From the human T2T-CHM13v2.0 reference genome, Homo sapiens, in the NCBI RefSeq assembly GCF_009914755.1, contig NC_060940.1: a DNA stretch of 64,000 bases; one strand, 5' to 3'. Within the stretch, counting starts at the first letter, position 1. Each line of letters starts with the position of its first letter. The position numbers and the translations under genes were made by a program. This document shows positions 61,394 to 64,000 of the stretch, in pieces. The notes beneath the pieces are model-generated. The model made no database searches and was not told where the DNA came from. It was given only the letters and a program-made list of their open reading frames with translations.

Positions 61394-61901
61394 AAAAAGT
61401 TACAGAACATACAAAGAGTCATTAAATATATTAGAAAATGCTGAACCACAAAATATTTTAATGTAGTAGTTTAAAAATAAAATGAAATATTATTTTGACC
61501 CAAGAAGGTGGCAAGGCCTGTACACAGTTAATACCAATGTAAATTGGTACATTATTTCTAGAGGGTGACCAACCTCACATTACATTTCAAAGAGAATGTA
61601 TTCTCTTTGATCCAGCAAGTCCAGGAAATTATCCTGCAGATATAATAACACACTGTCCAAAGATGTTTATTGAATTATTTTTAAAATAACAAAAAATTGG
61701 GAGCTATCTTTATCAGGAGATAGGAGTTTAAAAAGGTAAAGGGGCTTCTTGATTAGATTAAGTGCTCAGCTCTGACATTGATTAACTCCTAATTCATTCC
61801 AAGACTATCTGTTTTTAACCTTATAGACATTCTAGAAGTTTCTGCTCCACTGTGGCACCCTTCCCTATTTTGTAATACTTCTGCAGACTTTCCCCCTCAG
61901 T

Positions 61902-62270
<369 letters not shown>

Positions 62271-62304
62271 TGAAATGTACAGAAAATGCATAGACTCATT
62301 TTAA

Positions 62305-62603
<299 letters not shown>

Positions 62604-63339
62604 CATTTTAACATCTTGAAACTGGAATACCACAATATTAAGTTTAAAAAATGGGACACAGAATATATATGAACCCATTTATGTAAATATACACACATAT
62701 TGACCTGTGTATAATATGAGTATATATTTATTGATGTACTTTTAAGAGTCTTTAACCCTATCTTGGTGCCCCTTAGGGATCATACAATGAACTATATATA
62801 CCCCTTTCAGCGTATACCAGAGAAATAGTTGTTGCAAAAGGGATTGTGAAAATAAACAGGAACATTCACTTTGAGTACGTGGTTTGAATATTTCATAAAA
62901 TGTATATAATCAGAAAAAATCAATGAAGCCATTTTCATTTTGGTGGGAAATACTTAAAGGTGGAAATTTAGTAGGAGATTATGGCCCTCGTTTTTAAAAT
63001 GTTAAACAACTGGATTTTTTTAATGATACAGGAAGCATTAGCCTCTGTGTTCTTTTACGATCAGAGCCATGCAAGTTGTACATTTATAGCAGTATAGGAA
63101 CAATATCAAATTTAAGAATGTTGCTAAGTAGATCTGCAGAAGTTTTGCTCTCAAATCTCTCAGTAATCCAAAATCTAAGTTGACATCTTTGGTTAGCTTG
63201 TCTTCCTACAAGTTTTTGGATTAGGGTTCCCTAGCTTCTTTCTCTCTGGAAAGATCAAAAATTAACAGGACAATACTCAGGGGTGAGAAAGTGACATGGA
63301 TTCTTACCTGACTCTAATTTACAAACTTGTGTCTTACAG

Positions 63340-63423
63340 GCTTATTTGCAGCTGGGTATCAATGAAAAGTTAGGACTCTCTGGAAGGCCAGACAGGCCCA
63401 TTGGCTGCCTCGGGACATCAAAG
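63340..63423 (+). CDS. PHKB: PHKB coding exon (~exon 17), 84 nt, phase 0-0
   Basis: ttacag acceptor, GTACTC donor; [28 protein letters not shown]. Confidence 0.96.
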
Positions 63424-63906
63424 GTACTCATGAAATGTCCTCAAAAAGTAGTTTTTGGATTCTAATACCGCATACTGAAATGGTGCTTGACCTGCTATGC
63501 ATCCTTTTTCATTTTCATTATGTACTCAGACTACTTATCTGAAGTATTATTTTCTGCTAGTAAACATTACTTATTTAGCATCATATCATGGAAGTCTTAT
63601 AAATATGAAGGAGCACCTCACTGCTAAATATATTTTTTCTAAGCTTTGTAAAATATCTAATTATAACAATATTTACTCACAGACTTTTCCATCATATTAG
63701 AGGTAGACTGCTTTAAGTTTATTGGTATACTGATTCCATCAAGAAACTTAAAAATTTTTAAATATTATCTGGATGTCGCAAGCTATTAATTTATGTGCTT
63801 ATTCAGAATTAGACATCAGTTTTTATTTTTATTGAGACTTACAGCACTGCACCTTTGCCTTTGGTATGTTCTTTAGTTATTTGTTTTAAAACTTTTTCCC
63901 TTACAG

Positions 63907-64000
63907 ATTTATCGCATTCTAGGAAAGACTGTGGTTTGTTACCCGATTATTTTCGACCTAAGTGATTTCTACATGTCTCAGGATGTTTTCCTGCTGATAG
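63907..64000 (+). CDS. PHKB: PHKB coding exon (~exon 18), truncated by window end
   Basis: cccttacag acceptor; [31 protein letters not shown]... Confidence 0.96.
   Translation, partial: MYRILGKTVVCYPIIFDLSDFYMSQDVFLLI

Overview
Primate, almost certainly human, genomic DNA from the middle of PHKB (phosphorylase kinase regulatory subunit beta), transcribed on the + strand. Ten coding exons splice into one continuous frame (GCSWSVIF...SQDVFLLI), the last one running off the window end. From recall they are about exons 9-18 of the main transcript; that numbering is not verifiable here. The introns are mostly retroelements: about 16 Alus, three primate L1 3' ends (two with twin-priming inversions, one with human-specific pre-Ta L1HS diagnostics), old L1M/L2/MIR relics, several solo LTRs, DNA transposon relics and a TSD-flanked NDUFA5 processed pseudogene. 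I see no evidence of a new protein-coding or CRISPR-like system, and most listed ORFs are repeat-derived. The most interesting unexplained structure is a pair of young L1s bracketing an in-frame 150-nt two-exon block. They supply both a ~621-nt inverted arm (RNA duplex, circRNA or skipping) and an ~0.8-kb direct arm (deletion substrate). There is also an apparently unrecognised ~320-bp TSD-flanked, polyadenylated retroposed 3' fragment. Repeat family names come from recalled consensus sequences, and boundaries of old repeats are approximate.
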